The position numbers were made by a program, and so were the translations under genes. A stretch of 64,000 bases of DNA from Takakia lepidozioides (Eukaryota > Plantae > Bryophyta): assembly GCA_030704615.1 (NCBI GenBank), contig CM060733.1, positions 52,948,001 through 53,012,000 on the forward strand. The letters are read 5' to 3'. Below the pieces are notes generated by a model, which saw only the letters and a program-made list of their open reading frames with translations, was not told the origin of the DNA and did no database searches. Position 1 is the stretch's first letter. Each line of letters begins with the position of its first letter. Shown here piece after piece: positions 50,072-63,328 of the stretch.

Positions 50072-51205
50072 TCACCGTGATATCAAATAAATTTTCCATG
50101 AAAAAAAAAATTCCACTTTAGCTCTTTTCCTGCTTACTTTCTTTTCTGGAAAAATCGATAAAAACCAATGCACATCAGAACAGAGGAAGGAGGTTATAGC
50201 CTTCTTCTCAGGCAATGCCTTCGGAGAATCAGCCAGGGATTCTTCTGACTCAGACCATGCTCTTACATTGTCAGGCTCAGCTCTATCATTACCACACCGA
50301 GCTCTTTTAGGTGAATGCCAGGGCTTGTAAGGTTTAGGAGAGACATGGCCAGGTGGATCATTCTGCTTCTCCACAAGTCTTCTTGGAGTTTCAGGCCAGA
50401 CATTCTCAGACTGTTGTTCCTGAGGCTCCAGCCATGGTTTGTAGGAGTCAGATTGAGTAGGAGTCTCAGTTTCAGGCATAACTGGTTCAAGCCAAGCGTG
50501 GGATTCAGCTTCAGCCATCTGAGCTTCCATTGGAGCGAAGTGACTTCCAGGCAACAAGCACTGCATTTCAGGCCACGCACTCTGAGCCCCTGACAGCGGT
50601 GTTCTGATTGCTTCTGACTCAGATGTCTCAGTTTCAACCCACAAGTGGAGTGTATAAGGCTGGACAATCTCTTTTTTCAGCTGATGGGCTTCTTGAATGT
50701 CAGCTTGCACCTCAGATTGACACCAAGCCATCTGAGTTTCCACCAGTGATGTTTGAGCTTGAGACCACAGGGAATAACGTTCATACTGAGGAAACTGAGT
50801 CTCTGGCTGGGTTCTTTGCATCTCCAGGTCCAAAGTTTCAAGCTGGATTCCAAGCTGAACACCTCCGATTTCTGACCTTATGTCGGGATCATCGGAAGGA
50901 GCATAAATTTGTTCCAGTTGAGCTGCTTCAAGCCATGGGTTTTGACATCCAGATTTAGGGAGGGCAGTCTGGTCTCCAGGACAAATCTTGCCATAGTCCC
51001 CTTCAGCATTTTCTGTTTTGGGTGAAGAACTCTCAGTTTGGGCCTGGCCTTTCACAGATTCAGGCCTAACAAATTGAATTCTAGTGTGAGCAGGTTCAGG
51101 GAGAATAACTGGAAAGTCAGGCCAGACATTCTCAACCTCAGGCTGAGCCTGTTTCTGCACCAGAGCCAGAACAAGCTTATCAGCAAAGGTTGTGACCAGG
51201 TAGGC
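50072..51205 (-). CDS. Large putative exon encoding a P/E/Q-rich disordered region with spaced Trp motifs; unknown gene or distal exon of the MSD1-like gene
   Basis: 381-codon stop-free frame; plausible acceptor TTTTCTGTAG at ~51206; no recognisable domain or TE motif. Confidence 0.5.
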   Translation of the reverse strand, partial: AYLVTTFADKLVLALVQKQAQPEVENVWPDFPVILPEPAHTRIQFVRPESVKGQAQTESSSPKTENAEGDYGKICPGDQTALPKSGCQNPWLEAAQLEQIYAPSDDPDIRSEIGGVQLGIQLETLDLEMQRTQPETQFPQYERYSLWSQAQTSLVETQMAWCQSEVQADIQEAHQLKKEIVQPYTLHLWVETETSESEAIRTPLSGAQSAWPEMQCLLPGSHFAPMEAQMAEAESHAWLEPVMPETETPTQSDSYKPWLEPQEQQSENVWPETPRRLVEKQNDPPGHVSPKPYKPWHSPKRARCGNDRAEPDNVRAWSESEESLADSPKALPEKKAITSFLCSDVHWFLSIFPEKKVSRKRAKVEFFFSWKIYLISR

Positions 51206-52304
51206 TACAGAAAACAATTACCGCCCAGGATCTGTTCCGAACATTGTTACACCAATACAGCAGATGGTTATTTTGTTCAGAAAGATGGCTTTGGTCTGCA
51301 GTTAACCTACCTGTCATGGGGATAGAAATGCATATTCGTCGTTGAGCAGTTGAAGGATTGGAAGGATTCTGAGACCCTTAGTGTGTTGCTAAGTACTTCT
51401 TGAAAAGGTTTAGTTCAGTGAACCTACCTTGGCACCTCTCAAGTGCCCAACTTCTGCTGTCATAGCTGGAGTCAAGAACTTGAGTGCAGATGCCCATGAT
51501 TCTTGCTCGTCCTGCTGCCAAGAAGATATTATATGACATGAGCACGAGTAAAATACATTCCAGAACAGGCATTTCACACTGTCAGCACTTCACCACCATA
51601 GGCTACTCCATCCTTCTCTCACTTTTCCCTGTGACCAGATTTTCATTGCTTGGGGACAACTGCTATTGTAGTTCTTGGCCAGGTATCGAAATCCCAGGGG
51701 GAATATGGCATATGTAGCATGTCAATGACTACATTCCCTATTGACATCACTCTCATTTTTCTCCAATTCCTGCTTTATTTGTTGTGCATTCTTGTGCCAT
51801 AAGTACTTCTGGAATTCCCTACAAGTTACAGTGATCATTTCTTTCTGCTTTGCCCATCCGTAGGCAAAGCGCGTACTTATGAGGACCAGAGTGCTCCGTT
51901 TCTTACCTCCACCATCTCTACAATCACTACTCTTGAGTCACAGTCCCTGCGGTGAGAGCAACAGTGCAGGAATAGACTTGTGCTTGGTACCACGGTGTCT
52001 ATACTAAACCATACCTGAACCAACCATTTTCCCCAAACTGCATACTCACTGGGCACTAAGCAAACTCAGCAGGAGTTTCCATATGTGCTAACACCACAAA
52101 ATGCTCTAGGAGGATTCATTTTCTCAAGGGGACATCATGGCTAGCTTTCGTGGGAAGAACAAAAAGGCACTGTCTCTCCCACTCCTAGTGGAAACCCTCA
52201 CCAACTGAAGTACAACTTCATTGTGTGGAGAGTTCATGATTGACGAGGATCCAAATGGCATCAGAACAAGACCCACAAACACGCTACCGAGAGGCAAACC
52301 TAAC

Positions 52305-55300
52305 CTCAAGTCTGTGTTTGGCCTTATCCACCTCCATCCGCTCTTTGTCAAGCTCTGTAGCCATCTTTTTCATAGCCAACCTCTCTGCCTCGAGTTGCTT
52401 TGTCCGTTCTTCATATGCTGCTATGTCCTGGTAGTCAATAACACTTTAATCAACTTTAACTCTTTAGTCAATATAATGTAACCCTGACAACGCTATGATA
52501 GAAAAAGGTGTACACGAACCAAAGCATGCATAAAAATTATGTTTAATTTTGTCTACCCCAAGGACTACTGCCTTCCATGTGGAAGGTGGGCATCTAAAGG
52601 CCAAGTGGAGCAATGCCCAATCCCTCCTCATGTACCCATATTTATGTGACCAGTTGACCTAGGGACCCCACTTTTATAGCTGGGTGAGCTATGGCTAACA
52701 GTTTTAAACCCATGCCCACTGCAAGGCAGCCTTTTGTACTAACAGCTGGGCCATCTGTTGGATGCTCAAGCTCTATAGCAGCTAATTAAAAATCGTGCTA
52801 CCCTACCAAACACATCAAGTGCCAAAAAAACCATTTCAGGAGCACACATTTGGTGATCACAACACTAAAACTCCGTCCATAGTAAAGTATATAAACAATG
52901 AAGCATCCAACAGATGGCCCAACGGTTAGGGCACAAGGCCACCTTACAAGTGGACATGGGTTCAAAGCCACATAGGTGTATGTTGGATGTCACCCATTAT
53001 GGCCAACACAGCTATAAATGGGGTCAATCGGTTCTTAATGTGTGGATACTGTGGGACTTTCAAGTCCTTGGGGGAGGCTTGGGCAACCGGGTTGCCTCAA
53101 TTACGGCCTTTAGAAGCTGCCCACCTTCCAAACAGAAAGCAGTAGCCCCTCGGGGTGAAGTCACCATAAGTTATGCTTGTTTTGGCAAGAGGCTTCCTTG
53201 TAAACATGACCACTGGGACCCCATAACTAAAATTATGTATGCATATCCTCAGCCAAGCAGAACTTGACTTTCAGGCTCATCTAAGGAATCTTGTCTTGGT
53301 ACATTAACCATGCAAACACGAATTCAGCCTTGCAATCCTCACAGCACCATAGCTACCATCATGACTTTGAACCAAACAGCAGCCCTATCAGTGAGTGTAC
53401 TTGGCCAATTAAGCCTCCAGAGATCACTGGATTCCTGCCATAGAAGAAAAATGAAAAGTACCTCCTCAGCTGCAGACAACATGGCCTCTCTTTTAGCTTC
53501 CAGCTGCTCTGTTCTGACGCTTCTGCAATGCACATTCATTCAGGATATTTCCAATTATCCTGACGCAGGCACAGGAATTTCACATGTTGCTTCCCACCTG
53601 AATGGTTGAGGAGATGCACAACTGACTAGAGATTTCAGTGGCAGCGACACTATAGGTTACTGCTACAGCTTGACGCCCACTAGGGTAAATGCACCAAGGA
53701 ACTCCAGCAAGGAATCTGCCAAAAGTCAGCGTTCTTGATGGGTAGACCCCAAATAACATCTTCAATATGAGAAGATAAATCACTGAACCTGTTATCATTG
53801 GACTCAGAGAGGTGCTTGTTCATGAGCATTGCCTGCACCAATCAAGAAGATCAGATTATTCCCTTCCCACAAACCTCACTGGTAAATGGTGATAAGAAAC
53901 ACCTAGACACAAACCTGCTGACGGAGAAGACCATTGCTGGTATCTACTTCTCTAGTTACGGGCGAAGTCCATGTTTCCAGCATCAGCAGCAAGTTAAACA
54001 CAACAAACAGAGATGCCCTTGTTGATTTTGTAAAAAGGAGGGGCGCAAGGGCAACTATACTAAGTCCTGCTGACTTCTGCCCTATTGCCCCACACAAGAG
54101 GCAGGTACCCTACTAAGACACTATGCTTGCAACAAAGGTAGATTTCTTGTATGCTCTATAATATTGTCCAAAAGGCGGGTGTCCAAATAAGAAAGAACCA
54201 GCTTTTGGAGGCTAAGCAATGATGCTAACAGGAATATCACTTTCCATATGACTTGAAGATGCCTGCCCATGCCTTAACGGTGGACCCACACAAGAGATGT
54301 TGTACAGCTGAAGGTTGGTCCACAGCATGAACATGACAAAATGTAAAATGAAAAATTTCTTCCTAAAAAGGCGATATTGGCTTTCAATGATCCACCTCAA
54401 CAACTAATTTTTTTCAACTCTGCTTCATGAGAGCAACCATGCTTTGTTTGAGATAGTATGTTTGGCACCTGACCAAATCCTTATCTCAGCCCTAAAGTGT
54501 GAAGACTATCTGCAGTAGGATTTCTGAGTGACTTGGGACTGGCGTCCATGAACTAATCTGTTGTTGCTGTATAAATTCACAACCTCAGCAGCATAAGCTG
54601 GAATCCACCCATGCATGCTAGTAAAGCTGCCTCAGCCCTGCCACACACTTCCGACCTGTTCTGTCATCTTTGGCCTCCCCGACTCTGTACAATTAATTTG
54701 TCTCTTTCAGAGGCATGTAGTTTCCTTCATTACCTGCACCGATCCCAGACGGCCATGTGGTTGACAAAAGAGCTTCCTAGAATACTAAGAAACTTGGGAA
54801 GTCGAGGGCAATTTCTAATTGAACAATTTAACTTCTTTCATTCAATGCATCCCAGTCGAAAGTTCCAAGCTGAAAGGATTATCTTTTCTTCGATCCTTCC
54901 ATTTTGTCATTCTGGAAGTGACATCAGCAGCTTGTCCGGATTTTGGGCAACTTAAAAGTTGTCTAAGTGAAGGTATACATGTTAGCACACCTGTTCAGAG
55001 ATGATACTGCGGGCCTCTACAAGCTGTGCTTCAAGCTCCAACTCTCGTTCACTTACTTCACTGGCCACCTGTGTTACCTTCTGAGCTTCGTGCAGCTGCA
55101 CCATACGCTCCTGCAGAAAAGACTTTCACCTATGAGTATTTCATAATAGTGAAATTCAGACTGTCATTTGTACTGTAATCTGAATGATCTGTGACCACAA
55201 CAATCATATGATTTAGTATGGCTGAAAATAAATGAGTGGAGGCTCAAGGTGAACTTGAGCCGCCATACTAAATCATATGACCTGGGGGTGTTCATTCCTG

Positions 55301-58300
55301 GTTCCTGTACATCAAATGTTACCCACCAGGTTGTCACTGTACCTACTTACAACAAGCAAGGTAAACAACAAAAGACCAGAGGTTACCTTGATTGAAGTCA
55401 TTTTTTCTCGTAAGCTTTGCTCGATTTGATCTCTGGCCATGTGAAACGGTAAATCAAATACATCCTACCCAACAAACCACATAAAGTGTCAGATTCTGAC
55501 CTAGTGAGGAAGTCCATGCACAGGTTAATACAGAACATTATGATCATAGTATACTTATTGATAGCTTCAGGGCTACAGCTCTTCACCCCAGTATTTACCG
55601 TCACAAAATATCACACAGGGAAGCCACATTTTGAATTGACTACGCTACATTTTACCTATTGTAGGATGTACTAGCAGGTACTCATTTGCAAAGTGAAACA
55701 AGAGTCATACAAAGATAGGAAGACATCAATTACCGTACGTCCTCCCAAAGGTGTGACTGGTGGTTCAAGATCAAAGCTACCGTTGATAGCACTTGCAGAT
55801 CTAGACAGAACATTTGGTGTGTTCAAAAAATCACGCATGTCAACCTGCATAACCAACAGTTTTCTTGTAAGCCTAACACACGAGGTTCTCAATCCAAGAC
55901 GCCTAAAGCACAAAGTTTTGCCAGGAAGAGTCCTAAATGTCCATCCGACAAGACAACAAAACACAGGATCAGTGTTTGTCCTTTCCGAACAAGACAAATA
56001 GGAAAAAAAAAATCAACCTGGAAGCACTACCAATATTCGGAATGGTTTGTCTTTGAGATAGACCCATTCAGGATATGTAGGTAAAGAGAAACCGACGCTC
56101 TTTGAAAAACAAGAAATCGCCAGCATTCAATACTAGATGGTAATAGTGAAGCTTTCCTCCACACCAGGATAATTAGGGACAGAGCTTACAGCTTTCAGGT
56201 TAGCTGAGAGATTCTAACAGTAACTTCAAGCTTGAAGTCCCCAGGATCATTATATGTGCCTTCTAACCTCTAGAAACAACGGCACTACGCAATACAAGTT
56301 GATGTAGGCTTCAAACATGTAACCACCAGCTTACTTAACCAGACATCCAATTGCGTTCTTATCATTAGCTACCCCCCTGATAATTGGACCAGGAATGCAG
56401 CTCTGTTGGTGTATGAGTTGCACTTAAGTTGATAGAGGAGACTACTGGATATTGACCTGCATGGACCGCAGCAATGCCCGCAAGTCCGCGTTTTCAGCCA
56501 CAAGCTCCTGCTTTTTCGCCTCATAGGCATCAACCTGCAAAAAGACTTGTGTGAAGCAGGGCACGTCATAGCTCTCAAACACACTTCAACCACATGTAGT
56601 TGTTCCATGACTTGAAAGATCTTGGTAGAAGCTCAACACACCGGCAATTTCTATGATAATCCAACATGCATTAAATGTCGAAGAAGCTGTGCTTACCACC
56701 ATCCAATACATATGTAAAAAGGCCTGAGACTTACTGCAAGAGGGAGTGAAAGCGAACTTGGTACTACAAGGCACTTTGGGCCTGAAATTACTGTCTTCTT
56801 ACATTGACTTTTAGCTTGACTGCAGCTATAATGCACAACACAGAGCACAGTATTTTTTTTCCTTACAATCATCTTGTAAAAGTCCCCATCAGCTTTCTTG
56901 CTATTCCACGTCCCCCTTTGCCGGCCCTCCTTCTGGTTGGTCAGATGTAGACCTGTCAATATCCTAAAAATAAGAAATGCACAGGAATTGCCAAAATATA
57001 ATTGACTGATGTGCCATAACTAGGACAGAAGGATTTGAAAGTGGTCACCAGTTACCAAGGAGGAATTGATATAAGGAGCTTTGGGGATTACTGGGGCCCA
57101 ACCCAAGCTGATGTTGAGAATGTCCAACATGAACAGTTCCTTTTAAAACATTTGGAAGAATGAAAACAGTGAAGACTAGCTGCCTGCCTGTAGCAGATTC
57201 ATGATCTCAATGCCAGTCTTGGATTCTTTCTTCTTCTCCATCAAAACCTGGTTGAGTCGCTCCTGCGACAAAGCCACCCTGACTCTCAGGTGTTACAGCC
57301 TTGACCGACCTACCCATCTTACAGTCAACAACAAACCTGCAAGACCTGCTACTTTCTATTCTGCTCTGAGAATGAAGAAGCACAACGGCAGCCAAATAGC
57401 ATACTGAATCAGAGGTTACCGAACAGACTAGAACACTCATGCTTGACCACACATCAAATCATGAAAGGCAATAAAAAGTGCACCTGTAGCTTGACATAAT
57501 CTTTTTCTTTCTTCTTTAACTCATGGTTCTGCTGTGTTCTCACTTGCTGTGCACAAAGCCACTCCATGCACTCTTGTGAGATAGTAGATTCCACAGTTCC
57601 AGCTGGACCAGCATGTCTAGTGCATCAATTTTCCTAAAGTCTAGGAGCAGGATTCGAGTCTAACACTCAAGGACTCTGGTCTTAGACCATAATTGCCTTC
57701 CTTCCAGTTTTCTTGTCCAGGTTATGTTCACAAGAATGGGAAGGTGCATGTTAAATTCATTTTATCTCAACGAGACACTCCTGATTTAGAATTTTGGCCT
57801 GTGGAAATTCAGGGAGTATTTGCCAGATGTGCAGATCTCGATGTCACCACTTAAGGCTCTTTGAGGTTCATATCACCCTAATTTATGCTTTTGAAAACAG
57901 TATACACGACATGCTAAATTACTGTTTTCAGTCCAACTCTGCACCATACTAGTCATCTGCAGTAACATCATCTGAGTATCAGAGCACACAAATTTGTTTT
58001 ATTAAAAGGGAAAGAACAAATACATGGATGTTCTCGGCAAGTTACATTCAAAATGGCATGGTTCTGGGACCAACCAGACACAGTCATGCAGTTTGCGCTG
58101 AAATCCACTACAAAGTGGTCAATACTTCAAATGATAGTGTTTGTATTAGACATCGAGCTTGACTTGCGATAATGTTGGAACTTTTAACCAAGATGGTTAC
58201 CTGAGTGCTGATAACCATGCGCTGAAATTCATCTCTTTCTTGCTGGAGTTTCTCCAGTTGTGCCTTGAAAGCAGCTGTTGTCTTCTGCTCCTGCTTAACA

Positions 58301-61300
58301 GAACTAGACCAGATTAGAAACTCAAGTTAACGACTCAGACTACTTTAAGAAGGTTACGCACTCATGCATCAGAAGTCCTATCTCAGCACCTTTTCTTACA
58401 TCTCATCGGACACAACATGGATCCATTCACTCACAAACCCCAAACATAGAACTGACAAAGTCAGTTTTGATATTGGTGTTTAAAGACTGTATTACCCTGC
58501 TTGCCAGTGCTTGCAGTTCACGTTCCTTGTTAGAGAGCTGATCAGTCAACCTCTCCACTTTCACTTCAAGCCGTGACATATCTGACATCAGCCTGCATGC
58601 ACGTGATCAAGTTCATAACTCTTAGCTTCCATGATACTGTACTGGGAAAAGCAGTTTTTTTATTCCAGCCCTATGATAGCCCTTGATAGCAAATTTCATG
58701 AAAGTTCAACCAACTTAGTGGCACCTTGGACAAAGAGAATCTACAAACATGTTTAACACCAAAGAGCAGGGCCCTCTGCGACGGAGACATGCTAACCTCC
58801 CAGCAAAGACTAAGTTGACTTAGTAAACGGAAGTGTAACACCACTCCCACCTTTGTCTTGTATCATTTGCAGTCTCACGGTATTCAATATCACGCTGTCG
58901 CTGCTGGATCATTGCATAAATGCAGTTGCATGTCCGCACTATTGAAGCCTGCAGACATCGATATGTAGATTGTGATGCCTTTGCCTCGAAGTGACTTCCA
59001 TAGAGACTTACACTTTCAAATAACGCTTCACATCATGCCTAGCATTGAAATATTCTCTCTCCCTCTCTCTCTTGGCCTCTGTCTCTAGAATCCATTCAAG
59101 TGGGGGTGCTTAAGGAGTGTATGTCAGCATGCTCCAACACAGCCAATGTGGCTGTTCGGGGTGAGTTTGGCATTCCGTCCTTAAGCTCCCGACGAGATGA
59201 ATTCAAGGTCAGATGGTGGGGTCAGCTGCAACATATGCCCAACACCAGATATCCTAAGTTAATCGACTCTATATCTTGGAAACAGGACCGCCCTGTCAAA
59301 CAGGCTAAGTCCTGGCAGAAGAGAGTAGAAGAGATTCTCAAGGACCTGGACCTGGAGCCGCAAGTCTTGACCCTGCTGGATAAATCTGACTTAGAGGCTG
59401 TAGTGTCCAAAGCCATGTCTGTTGCCATGAGATTGTCTGATGAAAATGAAGTTAGGCAGAAAACTTCCCTGAACTTGTTTCCAGTCAGTGACATGGGGGA
59501 GGACATCTTGGATGACCTGAAGGGTCTACCCACTCTCGGCACTAGACTGAAATTTAAACTCAGGGCAGGAAGCCTACCTTTGAACAGCAAACAGAAGCAG
59601 AGAGGAAAGGGAGAGTGCAATTGACCGTTGTGTGGGCAATCTGAAGACAGTATTCATTTTCTGATACACTGTCCGGGGTTCTCTCACCAAAGAGACGCTC
59701 TCTTCAAATCTATCAAGGGAATTGTGCCTGTACCCCTGTTTACCAACTTTGAAAGTCTCGAGGCTGAGCCAAAAGCCCAGGCCCTCCTGAGGCCTAGTTT
59801 TTGGGCAAATCACACACAGCAGACTGATGCTTGTGTGAAGGGATTTCTAGAGGATATCTGGAAAACCCAGATTAATTCTATATATGAAGGTAAGTCTTAC
59901 TACCAACGTCAGCCCCTTACAGAGGTAGGTTCTGTCCCTTTTGTTCCCGCTCAAACTGGGCGCGGGGTCAATGGCCACAAGGCTACGGCAAACAACGTCT
60001 TATGAGTACAATCTCTTGGCCTCTTGTTCCGTCCAAACTGGACGCAGGGTCTATGGCCACAAGGCTATGGCAAACAACATCTTCTGAGTACATTCTCCTG
60101 GCCTCTTGTCCAGGATATTCTCACCAGAGGGTGACCCTCGTCAGATCCATCAGGAACATCATGAGTACATTCTCTTGGCCTCTTTTGGACATATTAATGT
60201 CAGCATCCCTATGCTCCCTTGATATTTGTTGCACACTCCTCAACATCTTCCTTAATGAGCATGGATCTTGCCCTAGTATCTCACTTCTTCACAGAATGTT
60301 GATTGCAACACATCTAAACACTAAGAAACCACAAGGTTAACCTGTGTTCCAGGCACTACAGAAGATAACTGTCTCATGTGATAACAATCCATGGCCTTGC
60401 TTACAGGTTCACTGGAGTGCAGATTGAGTGATGATGGAAACCCAAACGTGACTAACGATTGATTGAGATATTTTATGCAATGATCCAAATTGTGAATGTC
60501 TGCAAAAGAATCTTCCCTGCACTCACACACAGGAATCAAAGCTGTTACAAGGAGTCGTAGCCAAGCATTGCCAAGCATAACAGACTACAGCCTCATAACA
60601 AATCAATTTCCAGAAGCACAAATAGCGAGAGAGACAAGGATAGAACAAAACATACAAAGTTGAAGTAAAAAGATCCTAGGAGTCATGGAGCCTGACCAGG
60701 CAGAAGCTAACACAATTACAAGCTTATTAGATAGATGGATAGATATACCAACTTATATCCCATCACATACCCCTCAACTTCTTGGATAATATTCTATTGA
60801 GTACAAAAGGAGGAAAGCATGGCTTTTGTCATCCCGACACTGCTACACTGCTACAGTTCCGCGTTCACACACTGGTAACGAGTAACAGGAAATTTCACTC
60901 GAAGATCATATCCTATACAGCATATCACTGCAAATTGTTCACGTTTGTTTTCATGATAATTTGCAGTTTCTGGACATCCAGAGAAATTAGCTCAGTTAAA
61001 CACCACCTCCCCACCCTTTACCCCTCCTCCTCTATTCCCCTCGAGTTGAGAAGACTTGAGAACAAAGAGCTCTGCTTTCCCTGTGTGAAGAGGGAAGGGA
61101 TAGGCTGGTACATAAGACTTACCCGTTTGAATAGCGGGTATCATAAGGAGCCTGCACAAGATCATAGCATGGAAGCTCAGATTACGACATGGGAAAATTC
61201 GCAAGTAGTAGTGGAATGACAAAAATGTCCCTGATCGAGACGCTTAACAATAGAAGAGTTCAGCCAGATTGAAGATAGAAGTGGACAACCCCGTTTACGC

Positions 61301-61708
61301 GGGACATTGGTGACGCAATGTCACAACTTGATTATTCAGAAGTCTTAGGGATCAGTGTTTCTAAATTTACACCAAATATGTACTGAAGAGTGGTATTGGC
61401 CATCGCTATGGAGAGATCTGCATTCACAGCTTTAAATCAGCACACAGAACGTCTGCAACCATTGGCATCTGACACAGAAGACCATTGGAAGGTCAACTAG
61501 CTCAAGGAGGGAGCAGGACTTCATACTGGAGCAGCATTGTCTGTAATTGCCACAAAGAAGTTCTTGCAAGCTAATGGCATCCCAACGCAATACACAATGC
61601 CATAGCATGGTCATGCAAGCATCTACTTAGACCAAGTTCAGTAAGCTTCCATCTTTATGAGGCAGCGCATCTTACCATGTAACCGCCGTCTCCGTCGCTC
61701 ACACCCAT
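52305..61708 (-). CDS. MSD1: Afadin/alpha-actinin-binding (ADIP) family microtubule-anchoring protein, MSD1/SSX2IP homolog; 3' end not resolved
   Basis: Spliced exons (approx. 61708-61676, 61151-61123, 60516-60405, 58948-58851, 58592-58496, 58290-58201, 57546-57484, 57262-57188, 56932-56867, 56534-56457, 55844-55734, 55464-55387, 55110-54991) give FADIHNLDHCIKYLNQSLVTFGFP..RTCNCIYAMIQQRQRDIEYRE..KKKEKDYVKLQERLNQVL..KEGRQRGTW..VDAYEAKKQELVAENADLRALL..DVFDLPFHMARDQIE..LEAQLVEARSII. Further coiled-coil exons lie near 53520-53462 and 52426-52305. Confidence 0.9.
59081..60170 (+). mobile_element. 5'-truncated LINE 3' end (RTE/RTEX/L2-like C-terminus) in an MSD1 intron, with extra short tandem copies
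   Basis: AVRGEFG..RWWGQL..RYPKLI..KFKLRAGSLPL..C.LC..EDSIHFLIHCP; flanked by TCTCTTGGCCTCT (59068-59080, 60012-60024, 60171-60183). Confidence 0.8.
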
Positions 61709-63279
61709 TGTCCTTCGATGCTGCTGGAATTAATCAAAAGCCTTGTTCAAACAGGCAATGAAAAAGACTTAATCATGCAACCAAATCATCAACGAATTGC
61801 TCTCACGTCCAAGCTGCGGTAGGCGACGACCCAGACGTGACCTCCAGGCAAGCGTCACAGGAAGACAGGAGTGCACGCAGACAGAAACACTGACACGAAG
61901 GCAAAGAACAAGCACCGAGATAGCTGATGACACAAAGAGAGACTCGCAGCAGCGCGATTAAACCACTCCGCATACCAAACGACCACAGGCAAATGCCGCA
62001 ACTGATTCTAGACCACAGCGCGCATACGAGACAAGGTCAGATGACATTGCACTAAAACGGTCGTAACAGACAGGCGATGCTTCTGACAGGGACCTGAGGC
62101 TGCGGCATTACAACACCGCATGGCAGGGGAAAAAAAACGCATCGGCACGGGACCGCAAGTTCATCATGTGCGAGAAAAACTCGGAACCTAAACCAACCCG
62201 GAGCACAATGTAACAGTGACAATGGATCCGCATCAACTTAATCTGTAGAGACTCGAGACTGAGCTCAGCACACGAGAAGGACAAAAACACACAGACAGAG
62301 GGAGGGACACAGAGAGGAAGAAGGGAGAGCGGAAAAGGCTATGGCTCGCTGCAACCGGCGCATCGGAAATCCCACGTGGATATCTGACTGCGATAGTTAC
62401 ATCGCGTTAATCGAAATTTCTCACGATTCTGTTATCCCATACCGTTTGCACCTTTCTCCTCATTCCAGCAGGCTATATAATCTCCAAAAATCCTACAAGT
62501 TTGGTACAATGTGAGGGGCCCGATGGACAGATGAAGGGTTGAACACAGGATCGCTCTGGTTACACACAGGCTCAAGTGCTCGGAGGGCGCGCCAGCGAGG
62601 CACAGCAGTTCGAAAACCAGGGTGACCGGCGCAGGTGACTGGCGCAGCCCGTGCGCCGGTTCAAACGCGCTCGCGGGCGGTAAGGGCGGGCAGCCCCGGG
62701 CAGACCCGTTGCGTGCGCGTCGCTTTGGCGGGGCTAGGTTTGCTCACACTCCGTTTGGAATCTTTGGTCATACCTGCTGCCTTCTCGAAGCTCTCTCGAA
62801 GATTTACTCGGCAGTGTTTTGAGTGGTGGTGGACGGGAGAGGTGTGCGATGGTGGTGATTGCTGAGAATTTGGAGGGTTTGCTGAATGAGGTGTACGCAT
62901 CCATGGGCTTTGTGAAGCTGGTTAGAACTGGTTACGTATAATACTGCATACTGCTGTGCCTTGTGGCGTTCGATCCCCTCCTCGTGTGATATTGAAGGAT
63001 GCACAGTTAGAACGTATGGAGGACTGTTCCCCAGCGCTGTTCAGTGTGATCAGGAGCAGTGGATCAGTCTGTTGCTTGAAGCTGAGCTGCACAGAATTAA
63101 CAGGGTGATGTGGTAGTGTGAGCAGCAGTGGGATATACAAAGGCTAGATAATAAGCAAGACGCTTAGAATATATACTAGTCTCGGCTCGTCTCAGTTTAA
63201 CTCACTCCGATCAGATCTAGATGAGGAACGTGAATAAACTTAGCAATTGAAAGGGAATAATGAATTATTGAGCAATGCG

Positions 63280-63328
63280 CCAAGGGCAAAGAGGTCCATG
63301 CTGAGATCATGAAAGCTGGAGTGATCTT
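63280..63328 (+). pseudogene. Tiny PPR L-motif fragment
   Basis: KGKEVHAEIMKAGV; nearly identical in DNA to 44724-44763 (aaagaggtccatgctga.atcatgaaagctgga). Confidence 0.5.
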
